A stretch of 63,382 nt of DNA, counting the filler, from Choristocarpus tenellus KU-1152 (Eukaryota; Protista; Phaeophyceae), in assembly GCA_964200185.2 (NCBI GenBank). It is 11 parts of 11 records of this genome, joined end to end, with 100 filler letters (N's around TTAATTAATTAA, not from the genome) between each part and the next. Parts side by side here need not be neighbours in the genome. Positions count along the whole stretch, not along the records: positions 12,209 to 17,312 come from CAXNAD020011858.1; positions 17,413 to 21,616 come from CAXNAD020015714.1; positions 21,717 to 30,425 come from CAXNAD020004421.1; 8 more parts are not named here. The stretch is one strand, 5' to 3'. Position numbers and translations under genes: made by a program. The notes beneath the pieces are model-generated. The model made no database searches. It worked only from the letters and a program-made list of their open reading frames with translations, and was not told the origin of the DNA. Shown here piece by piece: positions 12,306-24,827 of this stretch (position 1 is the first letter of the stretch; each line of letters opens with the position of its first letter).

Positions 12306-13585
12306 CATACTATTCCTGTGCACAGGATGCGGAGCGACTGTTCTATATCTCGGTGTTCGTACGGTAATTGATGTGGTGATGATGAACTAGTGACAGTAGC
12401 ACCAGTGCGTAAAGGACCAATCAACAGTCAGCATTGACTGGTGGTACTGTATCGTATCAAGAAAAAAAGATAAGTAGCCTATGTTTTAACAACCTTCACT
12501 GATAACGGTGTGGGTACAAAAAAAGGAGGTTACAGAAAGACCCATGAACCAAGTTCAAGTCGAAGAATATTCAAATACGGAGGAAGGAGTGGATTCGAGG
12601 GATCTTCCTCTCGAAGACTCAGGAGCAGATTATGATCCGGATCGAGATTGTCGCTGAGGGCAGTGCATGTAATAATGATGCCTCCTGGTTGGGTCTGTAG
12701 AATCATGACTGCGCTCTCATGGGCGGCACTCGTTTCTTCCTTGAACTTATGAAGGTCATGTTCGGACTTGGCTTTATTGTCTGGCTAATGAGAATGTTTG
12801 TGACTCGGCTGACCTCTGTAATGGTAGACGAGGAGACAAAGGACGGGGCGAAGGTGAGACAGAGGAGGCGAGACAGAGGAGGCAAAGGATGAGGCAAGGG
12901 TTGATGAAAAGGAGGAAGCAAACGAAGATATAGAGGAGGAGGCAAAGGCTGAGGAAAAGGAAGAAGCAAAGGAGTTAATGCGGTTTGATATATTTGGACG
13001 GATTTTTGGATTCCACAAATTAGAAGACAAGCAGGGCGTGTCACATGGATGAAGAGGAGGCGGGCAGGACTATACGGCATGAACCATGACATAATTTGTC
13101 GATGTGCGCTGTGCTGTGTCAATGGACACAATACAGCGAAAGTATGAATAAATCTGTTCGACGAGCATCTTCGGAACATGTAAAACACGAGAACCTCACG
13201 TTAATGTACAGTGTGAAATTGTTGGTAAGATCTGTGAGCGTCGAGACCGTGTGTTTGGGGTAGGGAACGATGTGTGATGTTCACATATGGCGATGTTGTA
13301 ATGTTGTAATTGCTTGCCTTCGTGTTCGCCACTGGTATTCAGGGTAACGCCCTGGGAGTATTTGACGATGTCCAGGAACAATGTACCTTACTCCACATCC
13401 CACAACACGAGGTCCCTTTTCATCTTTCAATTTTATGGGGTAAAATAATGTGCGGAGTCAGAGCGGTTGTTGTGAAGTGACTTGTGTTATGAACGCTAAT
13501 ATGATCGACAGATGAGAGGATAAACCTGACATCCCCTCGGGTAACTCTTCGCTCAGGATGTACCGTTTCTTTGGAGCAGGCTCTT

Positions 13586-13860
13586 GAGCCAAAGTATCTT
13601 GGAGGGTAGAGCCGTGTCCATTTGGGGGCCAAAATCCAATATTGCGATTTTGATGTAATTATGGCTATCGTGTTTGTTAGGAAGTGTCAATATCCATGTT
13701 CCGGACACACATAACGTATACACTTTACCTACTCCGAAACAGTTTCGGAGTAGGAAAGTGTCATAAAAAAAACCTGTGGGAAGTCAAGCCCCAAATGGAC
13801 AAACAGGGCAAATGATGGACAAACAGGGCAAAAATCGTACCCTCTAAGATACTTTCACTC
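13586..13860 (+). mobile_element. MITE family A copy 2
   Basis: GAGCCAAAGTATCT...AGATACTTTCACTC; flanks TCTT/TCCT; internal duplication of tggacaaacagggcaaa. Confidence 0.85.
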
Positions 13861-14300
13861 TCCTCTGAAGACCCGGCTGAGGAGTCATTGGTTTAGGGGT
13901 CGGTCCCGAGCTCGTCTTTCCACTTGAGGTCGTTCACAACCTGCACAGTCACCTCCAGGACAATTCTTTTGATGAAGACATCCTTGAGGTGAATTCTCCT
14001 CAAGTACGCCCTTTTGATTTTCCATGGTTGCGATGCCCATTCTTCCTCGACCTGGGCGGCAGACTCAGGGTCCAGATTGCCCTCCTTTGGTCTGTTCTTC
14101 ATCCCCTTTCCTTGTGTCCTCTTTGTTTTTTCTTCGTCGGGGTCGCCCCGGGGTCGTTTGTTCCGGACGCCTCTTAGAGTGGTCGAGAACTGTCATGGAG
14201 GAGTGCATGGAGAGTGGAAGAGTAAATCACGTGTATGCCATGAGTGTCTGCCTTGCGAGGCACAAACTTGATGGGAAATGTTGTAGCTGTTGTAGCGTCA

Positions 14301-14454
14301 GGTTGTCCATTTGGGGTCAATTTTTTCATGTCGCGATTTTTGTGTGATTTAGTTGCATACATCCCTGATGGATAATGAAAATGCACTTTCCCTGATTTTG
14401 ACCCAAATGGACACCCCAGTGTAGATCCCCCCCCCCACCCAGATACTTTGGGTC
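14301..14454 (+). mobile_element. MITE family B, 5'-truncated copy
   Basis: tgtccatttgggg...ccaaatggacac...polyC-AGATACTTTGGGTC, matching 30200-30371. Confidence 0.8.
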
Positions 14455-14545
14455 TTACTACCACTCCTACCTACAACATGATCTCTCTCATCTGCACTGT
14501 CTATTTCCCCGTCCTGTGGTTTTGGGGAGTGCCATACACACACTA

Positions 14546-14810
14546 GAGTATGAACTCTAGTATCGAAGAGGGTACAAGATTTACCCTGTTTGTCCATTTG
14601 GGGCTTGACTTCCCTCGAAACTTTTTATGACATTTTCCTACTCAAAAATGTTTCGGAGTAAGTAAAATGTATACATTAAGAAAAGGTGTGTCCGGAACAA
14701 GGATATTGACACTTCCTGACAAATAAGATACCCCAAATTACATCAAAATCGCAACATTGGATTTTGGCCCCCAAATGGACACGGCTCTACCCTCTAAGAT
14801 ACTTTGGCTC
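14546..14810 (-). mobile_element. MITE family A copy 3 (inverted)
   Basis: Reverse complement of copy 2; ends AGATACTTTGGCTC; other end degenerate. Confidence 0.8.
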
Positions 14811-14841
14811 ACCTTTCCTCTGAAAAACACTCAAACAACTA

Positions 14842-14907
14842 TGTTGAAACATTTGTAAACCCCTGAGGTACCGAGGAGGTAGTCAGGGGTTTACTAATGT
14901 TTCAACA
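14842..14907. repeat. 66-bp fold-back palindrome (25-bp arms, 1 mismatch); inverted, partly deleted second copy at 15094-15150
   Basis: TGTTGAAACATTTGTAAACCCCTGA-16 nt-TCAGGGGTTTACTAATGTTTCAACA. Confidence 0.9.
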
Positions 14908-15888
14908 AACGCTACTCTTGTGGGATCGAATCTTGCCATGGATACACATCCGTCAAAGACTAAACACGCCACCAGGATACACAACCTCACATTAGTAACT
15001 ACCCCGCCGAAGTTGGTCACTGATTAGAGGGATAGCAACCCTCGGGTGAAACCTCATCAAGTCTAACAGCTTGCAATCCCCGGGATTAGCTTTTGTTGAA
15101 ATCAGCTGACTATCTGCTCGGTAGCTCGGGGGTTTACTAATGTTTCAACAAACTACAGGTTTGGGGTATCAGACCTCGCTAAAGAGCAGCCAAGTGCAAT
15201 TAAAGTCGTTAGAATATAGATGTAGAAAATCAGCCCTGACGTATCCTCGTTATGAGCAAGGATAATATGGGTGCAGGCAATACTGCTTTCCATCTATCCT
15301 TCTCTCTTTAAAAAGGGTTTTACTACATGGAAAAAAGAAAGAAAATAATTAGGAGCAACAAGGTCCATGAAAGATATAACTCAATCTTCTTTGCCCTGTC
15401 TACACAAAATTTGTGGTGGTATGATATGTTAGTTAGCACCCATGTAGGATAGGTGTATAGAATACTATGTTGACAACCAAGCCTGTAGAGTTATGATGAC
15501 CGCAAAATAGGTAGAAAATGACAAGACAGATACAAAGCGGAAGATTCGACCAATGATGCTGCAAGAGAACAAAGCAAAATAGATGAATAGGTCAAGGTGA
15601 GAAATAAAACAAGAGCCAACCAGTCTCGCTTTCCGCATCATTGAAAACTTTCAGCCATCACAGTGAACACATTCTTGTATCCCAGCACGCCTCAAATGTT
15701 GTTTGCTGACATAAGCATCATCAAATCGTCATACTTAGTATACTAGCATAAGCGATCCAACACTCAAGGACCAATCTCTCCCTGCCATCCTCTCATTTGT
15801 GGGGTGTGCCAAACAAGTACATGTATCGCCTCTTCAACATTAATATCCACTACAGCAAGCACAGCTAATCTTGTTCAGTCTGCCCCCC

Positions 15889-16472
15889 TCACTCTTGAAC
15901 CAGTGCTCCTCCCTCTAAAACCGAGTATGCAAATGGGTCTGTAGCCCCCATGAGGTGCTGCAGGAGTGATGTTGCGTAACTAGACACTGGCAACTCAAAC
16001 GCAAATAACAACGGTGAACCTGGCCCTGGCTTATTCAGGCCCGCACCAGCCCATCCCTCCCCTCCCACCCCCTTTACATCTACTCCGTCAAGATCTTCCT
16101 CACCGTCGCCTCGCACAGCACTACCAACACCTTTATTATATCTGTATCGATACTCCACAACCTCCCTGAAGCTCTCTCGCAACCACTTGGCAGTGCCAGA
16201 TGGAGACATCATACCTAACTCTTCACATCCCTCTATTGCAATCGTGCTAGGATCACCACTATCAGTCTCTGCAATCTTGCCTAGAACCTCATCATCAACA
16301 TCCAGGCGAACCTCAAGACCCTCTGGGACAACCAACACATGCCTGTATGAACCTGCCAGACTAAAGATGGGCTGTTCGTGCCCCTGAAGAATCACCCTGT
16401 CAACGCCATCAGACTGTAGAGATTTCAGCATTTGCTGGCCCACCTCATGGGCAGGAAACTTGACCGCTGTCC
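15889..16472 (-). CDS. PUS7: Pseudouridine synthase 7 (TruD family), terminal exon; gene partial
   Basis: Acceptor tttgaaacag|GG at 16472; (G)TAVKFPAHEVG...FSLAGSYRHVLVVP...FAFELPVSSYATSLLQHLM matches the TruD/PUS7 C-terminal motifs LxGxYRxxxxxP and FxLPxxxYATxxLxxL; TGA at 15889. Confidence 0.85.
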
Positions 16473-17474
16473 CTGTTTCAAAGGATGGGTGTAGGCATAC
16501 ATATGATGTTGAATTGTTGATGCAGAAGTAAAATGACACACACAGAATGAGGGGGGAAAGGGATGGGTCGAATTGGCGCGGTGTGGTCAGTGGTTGTGCT
16601 TGTGAGGGTTGCTACATGGCACTGCATATTGGTAGCGCACTTTGAGCCCCAGAATGGATCGATTGATCATATAGCCATGTGGAAAACGCAAGGCCACTTT
16701 CAAATAGGTCCTGAAAGTCCTTGTTGTGAACGGGTAGAAACTGGCTCCAAAAAAGAAACAAAGCTGCATCTCTGGACTGGTCTTGGGTATCACTGTTCAA
16801 AAATACCTATCCCTAGACATCCTGGCGGATAACTGGCATTTTGCAACCTCAATTAACAATATGCCGTCCTAAAAATTAGCAGGTCGGGTACCCTTCCAGG
16901 GTGACAGGACAATCCCAAGTTTTGACAAAACTGTGCTGATGTGGGTCAATTCTTTATTCTTTCGTCAAAGTAAAGCAAAAATCACGTCAAATTCTAAGAA
17001 GAAGAAAATGTCCACAGTTGGAGTGAGCAGGAGGTGCACCCTGAGCCCAAGAGGAAGAGGAGCTGTCAGTCAGGCGTTGTCAACGTTGCCTACGTGCAAA
17101 CACTCGACCAATCAGATGATCCATTACTTGGGTCAGCTCTACGATCCCATATCCCCATAGATCTCACCACAGAAATACGAAAAATGATCTCCTATATTAA
17201 CGCCCCTTTGTAGGCCTGTTGCTCTATAACTTAGCCATTACGAGCAGCAAACACTAACACTAACTCCTTATCTTACCTTGAACAACGGGCTAGTATCTGG
17301 GGGGGGTGGCTGNNNNNNNNNNNNNNNNNNNNNNNNNNNNNNNNNNNNNNNNNNNNTTAATTAATTAANNNNNNNNNNNNNNNNNNNNNNNNNNNNNNNN
17401 NNNNNNNNNNNNAAGCAATCTCGTCGGGTTTATCACCTTTATCCTCTTTGATGATTTTGGGGATACTTTAACAA

Positions 17475-18060
17475 GTTGGACCATGGTCTGTGGTTTAGCA
17501 ACCATGCTCAAAGGTGATTGCCTCCTAAGGAGCAGCCTAGTCATGGTTTGCAGTCAAAGGGCCTGTAAGAGGAGGTATGTACTACAGGGAGGTCAAAGCC
17601 CAAGGTCAAGGCACTGCGCTTGTAATGTAGGAACCATAAAGGGGCAAGTTGGGCCATGATCCCTGGCTGGGTAGCCAGGTCCAAAAGGGGTTGTCTGCTG
17701 TGGAGCAGACTGGTCTTGATTTGCAGTCAAGGTGTCTGGTCCAAAAGTGGGGCCCTTTTCAGGTACAGGAGGGCGATGACATTAGGCCTGGATACTGTAC
17801 TTATAAGGTAAGCAACCGCTAGGGAGCAGTTCGGCCATGATCCGTGGCTGAAGAGCCTGGCTCAAAGAGACTTGCCAGCTAAGGAGCGGGCAAGTCATGT
17901 TCCCTGTTCAAGCACCAGAGGGTAATTACTTCCAGTCCAGCGGGTTGCCTATTAAGGAACGGGCAAATCGTGGTTGGCAAGTGAGGGGTATTGCCTCTGG
18001 TAGGGTCTCCTGTCAAGGAAGAGGGTTGTCAGAGATTACTACTGTCAAGGAGCAGTTGTT
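17475..18060 (+). repeat. Degenerate ~60-bp tandem repeat with ~175-180-bp super-period
   Basis: Recurring gttNggccatgatccNtggctg...caaagNgNNttgccNgctaaggagcag at about 17475, 17648 and 17828. Confidence 0.6.
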
Positions 18061-19320
18061 ACAGGCGATATGCATTGATGGCGGTTTCATAAACGCCACT
18101 ATGACATTGAAGTTCTAGATTTGATATATTTGTACTTCTTGATTATTTATTTAATATTTGGTCATTATGGCCCCCGATTGTGATAAGACATCGTTGATCA
18201 GTTCCTTTCTTATACGATGATATTGATGATTGGAGCTGTACATCCTGTGGAGGTAAGCTTTCGGGGGCGCCTGTAACATAGTTGGGCTATAACTAAAAGG
18301 GGATTGCTTGCCAAGGAACAAGCAGTTGGGTCAAAGTATTTGGGGGGGGTGGCGGCTGTCCATTTGTGGACAATTTTTTCATGTCGAGATTTTTGGGTGA
18401 TTTGGTTTCATATGTTGGATGCATAATAAAAGAGCACTTTTCCTGGTTTTGGTCCAAATGGGCACTCTGGTGTAACCCCCCCCCCCCCCAGAATATTGTT
18501 TTTATTTTTGGTGTGAAAAAAAAAAGACCTTTTTCCCTGTTTTGGGCCAAAGGGGGCCCTCGGGTGTCCCCCCCCCCCCCCCCCAGATACTTTGGGTCAG
18601 TTGGTATTGTAGGATCGCAGTATTCCGTCAATAGTTGGCCTCCTGCCCTGGAGGAGGGGAGTCAGGATTTGCTGTTGAAACTAGGCTTCAATATACTATC
18701 AGGGGGGGTCACAAAGGCAAGTGTGATTAGGATGAAGTTAGACGTAGTAAAAAGGAACCAGAGACAATTTAGGATAATGGGATCATATCGAAGAGAATGT
18801 TGTGCTAACTGGCGGGTGACTATAGGGCATTTGCAAACTTGGGAGGATTACATGATTCACTGACTGAGATTATTGGCAGAGACGGCAAGAAATTTACTGG
18901 AACCCGAGGAGATATAGGGGTAATGGAAAGAAATACAGGGGGGAAGACTCTTGGCTCCACCTCTACAAGTAAATAAAGCGCATTAATAAGTATTCGGGAA
19001 TTTGAGGCATTTGTGGTATCGACAAGTTGATATCGGAAGTGGAAGGTGGGTTGCAGGCCCCAATCTCAGGTACATGGGAGCTATGTGCAGCTTTCGCATA
19101 CTATAGTGGTACCAGTAGCTTATGGGTCTGGGGTTGTCCCATCATAACTTTTGATGTAGACATTGGATCTAAAAAATAAAGGTATTTTCGTGATGCCCCT
19201 CACAATGCCTTCCAGGTTAAGGGCTTCGTTGTTCTTTTTCGCCATTTTTTGAAAGACTGGTCATTTTGGGGTACGAACCCTGGATTGTAGGTCACCAAGT
19301 GTGGGAACTGATACATACAC
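18050..19320 (+). mobile_element. Decayed repeat homologous to the Gypsy-like relic at 61300-63110 (-)
   Basis: 18055-18280 aligns by eye to the reverse complement of 62790-63115 (ttacaggcgatatgc..gatggcggtttcataaa..ctagatttgatatatttgtactt..cagttcctt..tggagctgtacatcc..ggaggtaa), with a deletion of about 100 bp in this copy. Confidence 0.6.
18328..18598 (+). mobile_element. MITE family B, full copy with duplicated right part
   Basis: GGGTCAAAGTAT-polyG...polyC-AGATACTTTGGGTC; perfect 4-bp TSD AGTT at 18324-18327 and 18599-18602. Confidence 0.85.
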
Positions 19321-20699
19321 TATTACTTGATTAAAGTATAGGGCCTAGGTGGGAAAAAGCCTCGCCACCAATTCTTCCTATGTGTTTGCGCCGACTCTTT
19401 GACCTCGACAAGGATGTCCTCGTCGAGGCCCAGAACGAAACGCCTCTCGTCGCATCCTTGCTCCGACACCTTGATGTAGCCCTTAGTTAGGAAGTCTCTC
19501 TCCCATTCACTCACAGTTTCCGACTTGACCATCGCATATCCTGCTGCCATCTCAAGCACCGTTTGACGGTCTTTCCCCTCATTCATACACAGGTAAAAGA
19601 TTCACAGTGTTAGAGCCTGTACTATCACATTTCCTCTTTGAGCGCCGGAAATGGGTTACCTTCAATCGGGCTTCACAGCCCTTGTAGCCCAACCCCAACA
19701 CCTTCTTTCCCGTTTCCTTAAGCCACTCTGGGTCACATAGCTTCACAGCTAGGGGTGGGTTTTCGCTTAGGCGTTTCCTGAGCGCAATGGCACGCAGTCA
19801 CACTGTTCTCCTCCCCAACCTTCCTTTCGGCTGGTAACCCTGGTTTTCCTTTCGCCTGCCGCGACCAGGCTTCACCACAGACTTCGTCACTGTACCTCCT
19901 GGTGATGGACTCGCTGGTCTCTTCCTGTTTTCCCGAGGTGGCAGAGACTGCAGAGCAGTTTTCCGACGTGGTTGAAGACCCAACCGCCTTTTTGTGGTAA
20001 TGCTTTCCATGCATCTTCTCTCAGCGTCAGCGTCGCGGCTGCGTGATCCATTTCGCGATTTGATCATGCTGCTGCACCACACCTCTCGCACTTTCTCGTC
20101 ACCTAACATCGCACTGAGTGACACACGGTACTTGCTTTTCTGTCGCCTCTCGACGGAAAAGTTACCGAGGGTAGACCCAGGAGGGCAGAGTGGCCTCGGC
20201 GGCTCTCCTTGTCCCACCGTCGTGGCTCATGTTGCTGTGTAAGTCACGTGTGGGTGTGCTCACAGAAAGTGTGCAAAATGCGTGAAAAGGATGTCTGGAA
20301 ATCTTGATTTTTTTTTTGGTATGCATACACCAGTCAAACTTGGGCAGCAACCTACATCGGACCAGTTTTCTGTAAGGAGTCAAGCCAACCACTGCTTTTT
20401 TGTCCGTTTTGAAGTCGTGACCCTCAAAATTGCGTCGGAGATGTCCCCCGCATCTTCTTTCCCGTTATTTGATCGGGACATAGCTCCCGTTCCCCGACGC
20501 CTGGATATTCGTGGATACAAACCTTCAAATCCTTTTGGCATACCCTTTCATTTGATATATATATATAAATATACATTGTATATCTTTTGTATGGTTATGA
20601 TGAAAACATTCAAGATCGCCACAGAGGGCAAGGCTACTGGTACCACCTTAGAACTACAAGGGCGTTAATGAAGTCGAAGACATCTGAAACAAGATATGT

Positions 20700-21570
20700 T
20701 GGGATGTGTTATTGCAGGGTGAATGCCCTCCCAGAGGAGAGTGCATTCAACTCATCAGATATTAGGGAATCCCCTTTAGGTGTGGTGTGAGAGCCGAATA
20801 AGGTAAGGATTACTCATGATCTGAGCTTTGGGGAGGGCAAACCAGATGAGAACATGGGAGGGGATAGTGCAGAAGGTTGAAATTCTGATGACATCCTGCC
20901 AGTTCAAAGAGGGGAGGTCTTCGACCAAGTACTGCGCAAAATTTCTGCAACAAGCGCCAAAATCTTGTATCATAGTAGCCAAAATATATTTGAAGGATGC
21001 ATTCAGACTGATAGGAGTTGATACGGACAATGGACGCAATTTTCGCATGTACTCGCGTAGGTCTTTTTGTGGTGGACTTCATAATACAATGTGATTTGAA
21101 ATCTTCACCAGAATAGTGGTGTGTGCTCACTTGGGCCCTACAAGGCATGCACTGTGATACTGTAATAAAACAAGATGTAGAGATACACAAGGATGCTTGG
21201 GAAGATGCTGTGCAATATAGACTAGTAGTCTATATGGTTTATAGTATAAAAGTGAATGACGTAATTTAACTTGAACTTATTAGTGACTGATGTATTGTAA
21301 CTGTCACAAACATGTTTAAACATATTTCTGATGTGTTTGATGACGAATGAATTAGATAACAAGGGAGAGCACCACCCCCCACCTTGAGGATGTAGTGCTC
21401 ACTCTGCTAATAAACAAATCCATACCACATAAAGCAAAATACTCTATCAGAGTAGCTCTCTTTTGCATAGATGCCTCTAAGGTGGTTGTTGAACCCATCA
21501 TAGATGAGGGAGAGGCCGTACCTATTCCAACCCGGGCGATCTTGTAACCTCTATGGATGATGAGAGATAC
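20700..21570 (+). pseudogene. DIRS/Ngaro-type (tyrosine-recombinase retrotransposon) reverse transcriptase relic, interrupted by a solo LTR
   Basis: SPLGVV*EPNKVRITHDLSF, VFDQVLRKI, IIVAKIYLKDAFRLIGVD, and SMDD after the LTR; stops and frameshifts. Confidence 0.7.
21209..21469 (+). mobile_element. Solo LTR (261 bp), TG...TA termini, 5-bp TSD
   Basis: GATGC|TGTGCAA...AATAAA...TTGCATA|GATGC. Confidence 0.8.
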
Positions 21571-21574
21571 AAAT

Positions 21575-21616
21575 GGCTCAAAGTATCTGGGAGGGGGTGG
21601 CGGCTGTCCATTTGGG
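21575..21616 (+). mobile_element. MITE family B left end at a contig break; similar ends at 17290-17312, 35617-35640, 58045-58142, 63343-63382
   Basis: GGCTCAAAGTATCTGGGAGGGGGTGGCGGCTGTCCATTTGGG. Confidence 0.8.
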
Positions 21617-21885
21617 NNNNNNNNNNNNNNNNNNNNNNNNNNNNNNNNNNNNNNNNNNNNTTAATTAATTAANNNNNNNNNNNNNNNNNNNNNNNNNNNN
21701 NNNNNNNNNNNNNNNNATGGGGTTGTAGCAAGTGGTGGGGATTGGAGCTGCGTGGGGTAGTGTGGGTGGGGGGGGGGGGTTGCATGCTACTTGAAGTAGA
21801 TATCTCTATTTGCTCTCCCACTTGTGTGCAATAAGCTAACATTAAATAGCTAACCCACACCTGAACCTCTCCCACCTGTCCTACA

Positions 21886-21940
21886 CCCTCCTCCTCCTCC
21901 TCCTCCTCCTCCTCCTCCTCCTCCTCCTCCTCCTCTTCCC
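21886..21940. repeat. (CCT)n microsatellite
   Basis: About 16 CCT units. Confidence 0.9.
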
Positions 21941-22310
21941 CCCCTTCCCATTTCGGTCTCCTCATGTTTGCTCTTGTCATGAATATGGTCGTGTCTGTGG
22001 CAATAAAAAGGTTGCTGGTCGTGTGCGTACTCACCTTTTGCGGAAGGCACGAACCAAATCAGAGCCCACACTCACAAATTTAAGGTCCGATCACATCCCT
22101 GTCTGGAAGAGTACCTGCCCACCTGCTCAAGCCCCCCAATCTCCGACTCCAGCCTCTGCTCTTGGCAACTCTGTCTCCCCTTGTAAAGGTAATGTTGATG
22201 GTGTCCAGCTCAGTCATGACCATGAGTGCACCACCACTGCCCTGGTAACGGAGTCAGCAGAGGGTGCATTTGATGATGACTGTAGAATCGAAGGTTTCAC
22301 CAAGACCATG

Positions 22311-22390
22311 AGAGATGATGACTGGAGAGATGATGACAGGAGAGATGATGACAGGAGAGATGATGACTGGAGATATGATGACTGGAGAGA
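22311..22390. repeat. 15-bp minisatellite (GAGATGATGACTGGA) x5
   Basis: RDDDW/RDDDR periodicity. Confidence 0.9.
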
Positions 22391-23079
22391 GAGTAGGTGC
22401 GATGATGGGCATGGATGTGAAGACGAGGATCTCTGTTCCCTTCAGCAGGAGACGCCTTGCTCTTCTCCAACATGGTCTGGTCTATCTAGGCAATCAGGGG
22501 AGGAGTTTGACTCAAATGAAAACGTTGAGAGAGGGACAGCCACAGTGGCAGCAACAGTGGTTTCAGGAGGAGAGCTTTGTTGAGGTGACCAGATAAGTGG
22601 TTGGAGGGGCATTGGTGAGGTGAGGGCAGGAAGGTATGCCACGGGGAGAAGCAGCAATGGCCAGGGTTGGGCCAGAGTGGGGAGACATGACTCACTGTGG
22701 ACAGGATCAATGGGAACAGGTTGTCTCTTTGAACATGCTGGTCCCTTGTTCTGATGAACATTACACTTGTCGTTGTGGGTGAGGTTATTCCACTTAGATT
22801 CTTCAAAAGGGAGAGACTTTAGACAAGGTATTTGTAGGAACAAGCATGTACTCGTTGGTTGATTGTGTTTGTGCACGTCTGTGTTCATCTTCACGGGGAT
22901 GATACTATTCATGCCTTCAGAAAAGAGTTGTTGCAGGTTGAATAGGGAGAGGAGGGCTTCTGATGGCTGGAAGGACCCTTGAATGTACAGTTGAAATGGA
23001 GGGGGGAAAGGGGGTGATTACCTTTCTGATGGGATGTAGGCAATAAGAAGAGCAGTAGGAGAAGGAACTGAATGGATGC

Positions 23080-24660
23080 TGAAGAATGTGTTTTGATGCA
23101 TTTCCTTCACTTGCAAACCCACCACTCAGATGTTTGCCACCGGCCTGTCTCACCTTTGCATAAAATGCAAGCCACGTGATACATGCTGAAATATACTGCT
23201 AGCCTACATTGTTGACTGTTGCTATCATACTCAACAGCCCAGCATGTGTGTGTGAAGATACATGCAAGGCCATTCAGTAAGGGTGATTAGAAAAGCAGTG
23301 GGGCAATGATGCTGGGTAGCTTTTGTTTGTGATGTTGATCCTTTGGGTCCTAAAGGGGATGATGAGAGTTGGGGCAGGAAGGAATGGGGCTTTTATTTTT
23401 GTTGCTGAGAAAAAGATTGAGGTTTTGTTTGGGGGAGATAGTCCCACATATATATACAACGGGTGCACATGCAGTCTTTGTACTTAAGCATTGCTTTTTT
23501 TGTTGAGCTCAGGGGGCATGCCTACTGCTTGCGGGTTGTGTTTAGGTAGCGTAGCACTTGGTCAAGAGTTTTGTCATAGCTTGTTGTTCCCTCAGGCCAT
23601 GGTGCTGGAAATTTATCTGATCTGTTATTGACCACGCCTTTGGCGTGAGCATAATAGCAGCAATGTAGTATTGACTCGGAGTTGTACATGATGGCGTTTC
23701 CTACGAGAAATGTTTCCGAGACCACTAGATTTTATGCACCATCGCACTGGGTGACCAGGGCAGACAGTGTGTGATGAGAGGTTTGTCTTGTTTTTGTAGG
23801 ACCTGGAGAGATGGAATTGATGCTTCTTTGTTGTTCTCTCCTTTCCAAATCATTTTCCTTTTTTTATGAATGTCGCTGGAACTCTATTCACCAGCCTTTT
23901 ATTATAGTGCAGTCGCTCATTCAAAGAATGCCAAGAAAAGATGATACGTAAGTAAGTCAGTTTGGCAGTGACGATGCGAATCGAAAGAATTCATGGGTGG
24001 TTTATTTATCAACTTGAACGAATCAGATGTAGCCACAAGCGCATCGTGCATGTCGATGAGTCGAGTGCCAGTCAGAACAAAGTGACTGTGAGGAAGTGAT
24101 AACAGTGTTGCAAGGAAGTTTAAAGCGGATCGGCAACACACATACATGAAAAAAAATAATCGAAAAATTCTGATTACACCAGATGTTTTTTCTTCAATAA
24201 TTGCGCAAATCATTGAGAATCACAACGCTATCATTTCCTTCAAGTTGTAACTGTTTTATTGTTGGTTGGTGTGGCAGACAATCATGGATAATGGCTTTCC
24301 TCATTTCTGTTGTTGGTCTTGATCTCCTCAATGTCTGAAGCTGTGGTGTCAAAGAATGATAAATCAAATGTGGGTGTCGCTCCTACCTAAAATTAGACCA
24401 GAAGAAGGAAGGGCCATCACCAAATACGATGGGGGACGTTCATTAACCCTCATAGTTACCACCAAAACCAAAGATATCAGGTGACGGTTACTTAGACCCT
24501 TGAGTACCTGCTACAAAGTTTTTGCCTTGTCTGATGTCCTTGACCCCTCTATATATTGAGATGTCGGAATTTCCAATGCACCCTTTTTCACACCATTTAT
24601 GACGTCAGAAAATAATATGTGGTACTGAGCCATTGCCACTTCTTGGTCCTGAGGCTTACA
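23080..24660 (-). mobile_element. Highly decayed Ty1/Copia RT-RNase H relic
   Basis: Remnant motifs in Copia order: FMYV(DD-like), GNAIMY...DQVLRYLNTT, FQHVSRGLHFMQR; many stops. Confidence 0.45.
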
Positions 24661-24728
24661 GGTTAATGGTTGGTTCGTCACCTTGGTGTACGGTGTTGTT
24701 GTTGGTGTGGATATAAAATATATTATAT

Positions 24729-24827
24729 ATTACAAAAAAAAACATATCGACACTTTCTCCCAGTCAATTTTGGGTCAAGCCCATCCTCAATGAAAAGCTC
24801 CGTCCTCAATTTTTGAAATCTGCTGTT
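24729..24827 (+). mobile_element. MITE family C, partial copy
   Basis: Matches 39320-39419. Confidence 0.8.

Noticed and set aside
22023-22583. 186-aa + strand ORF with RDDDW repeats
   Set aside because: Driven by a 15-bp minisatellite; no convincing splice sites or motif; lies among TE debris.
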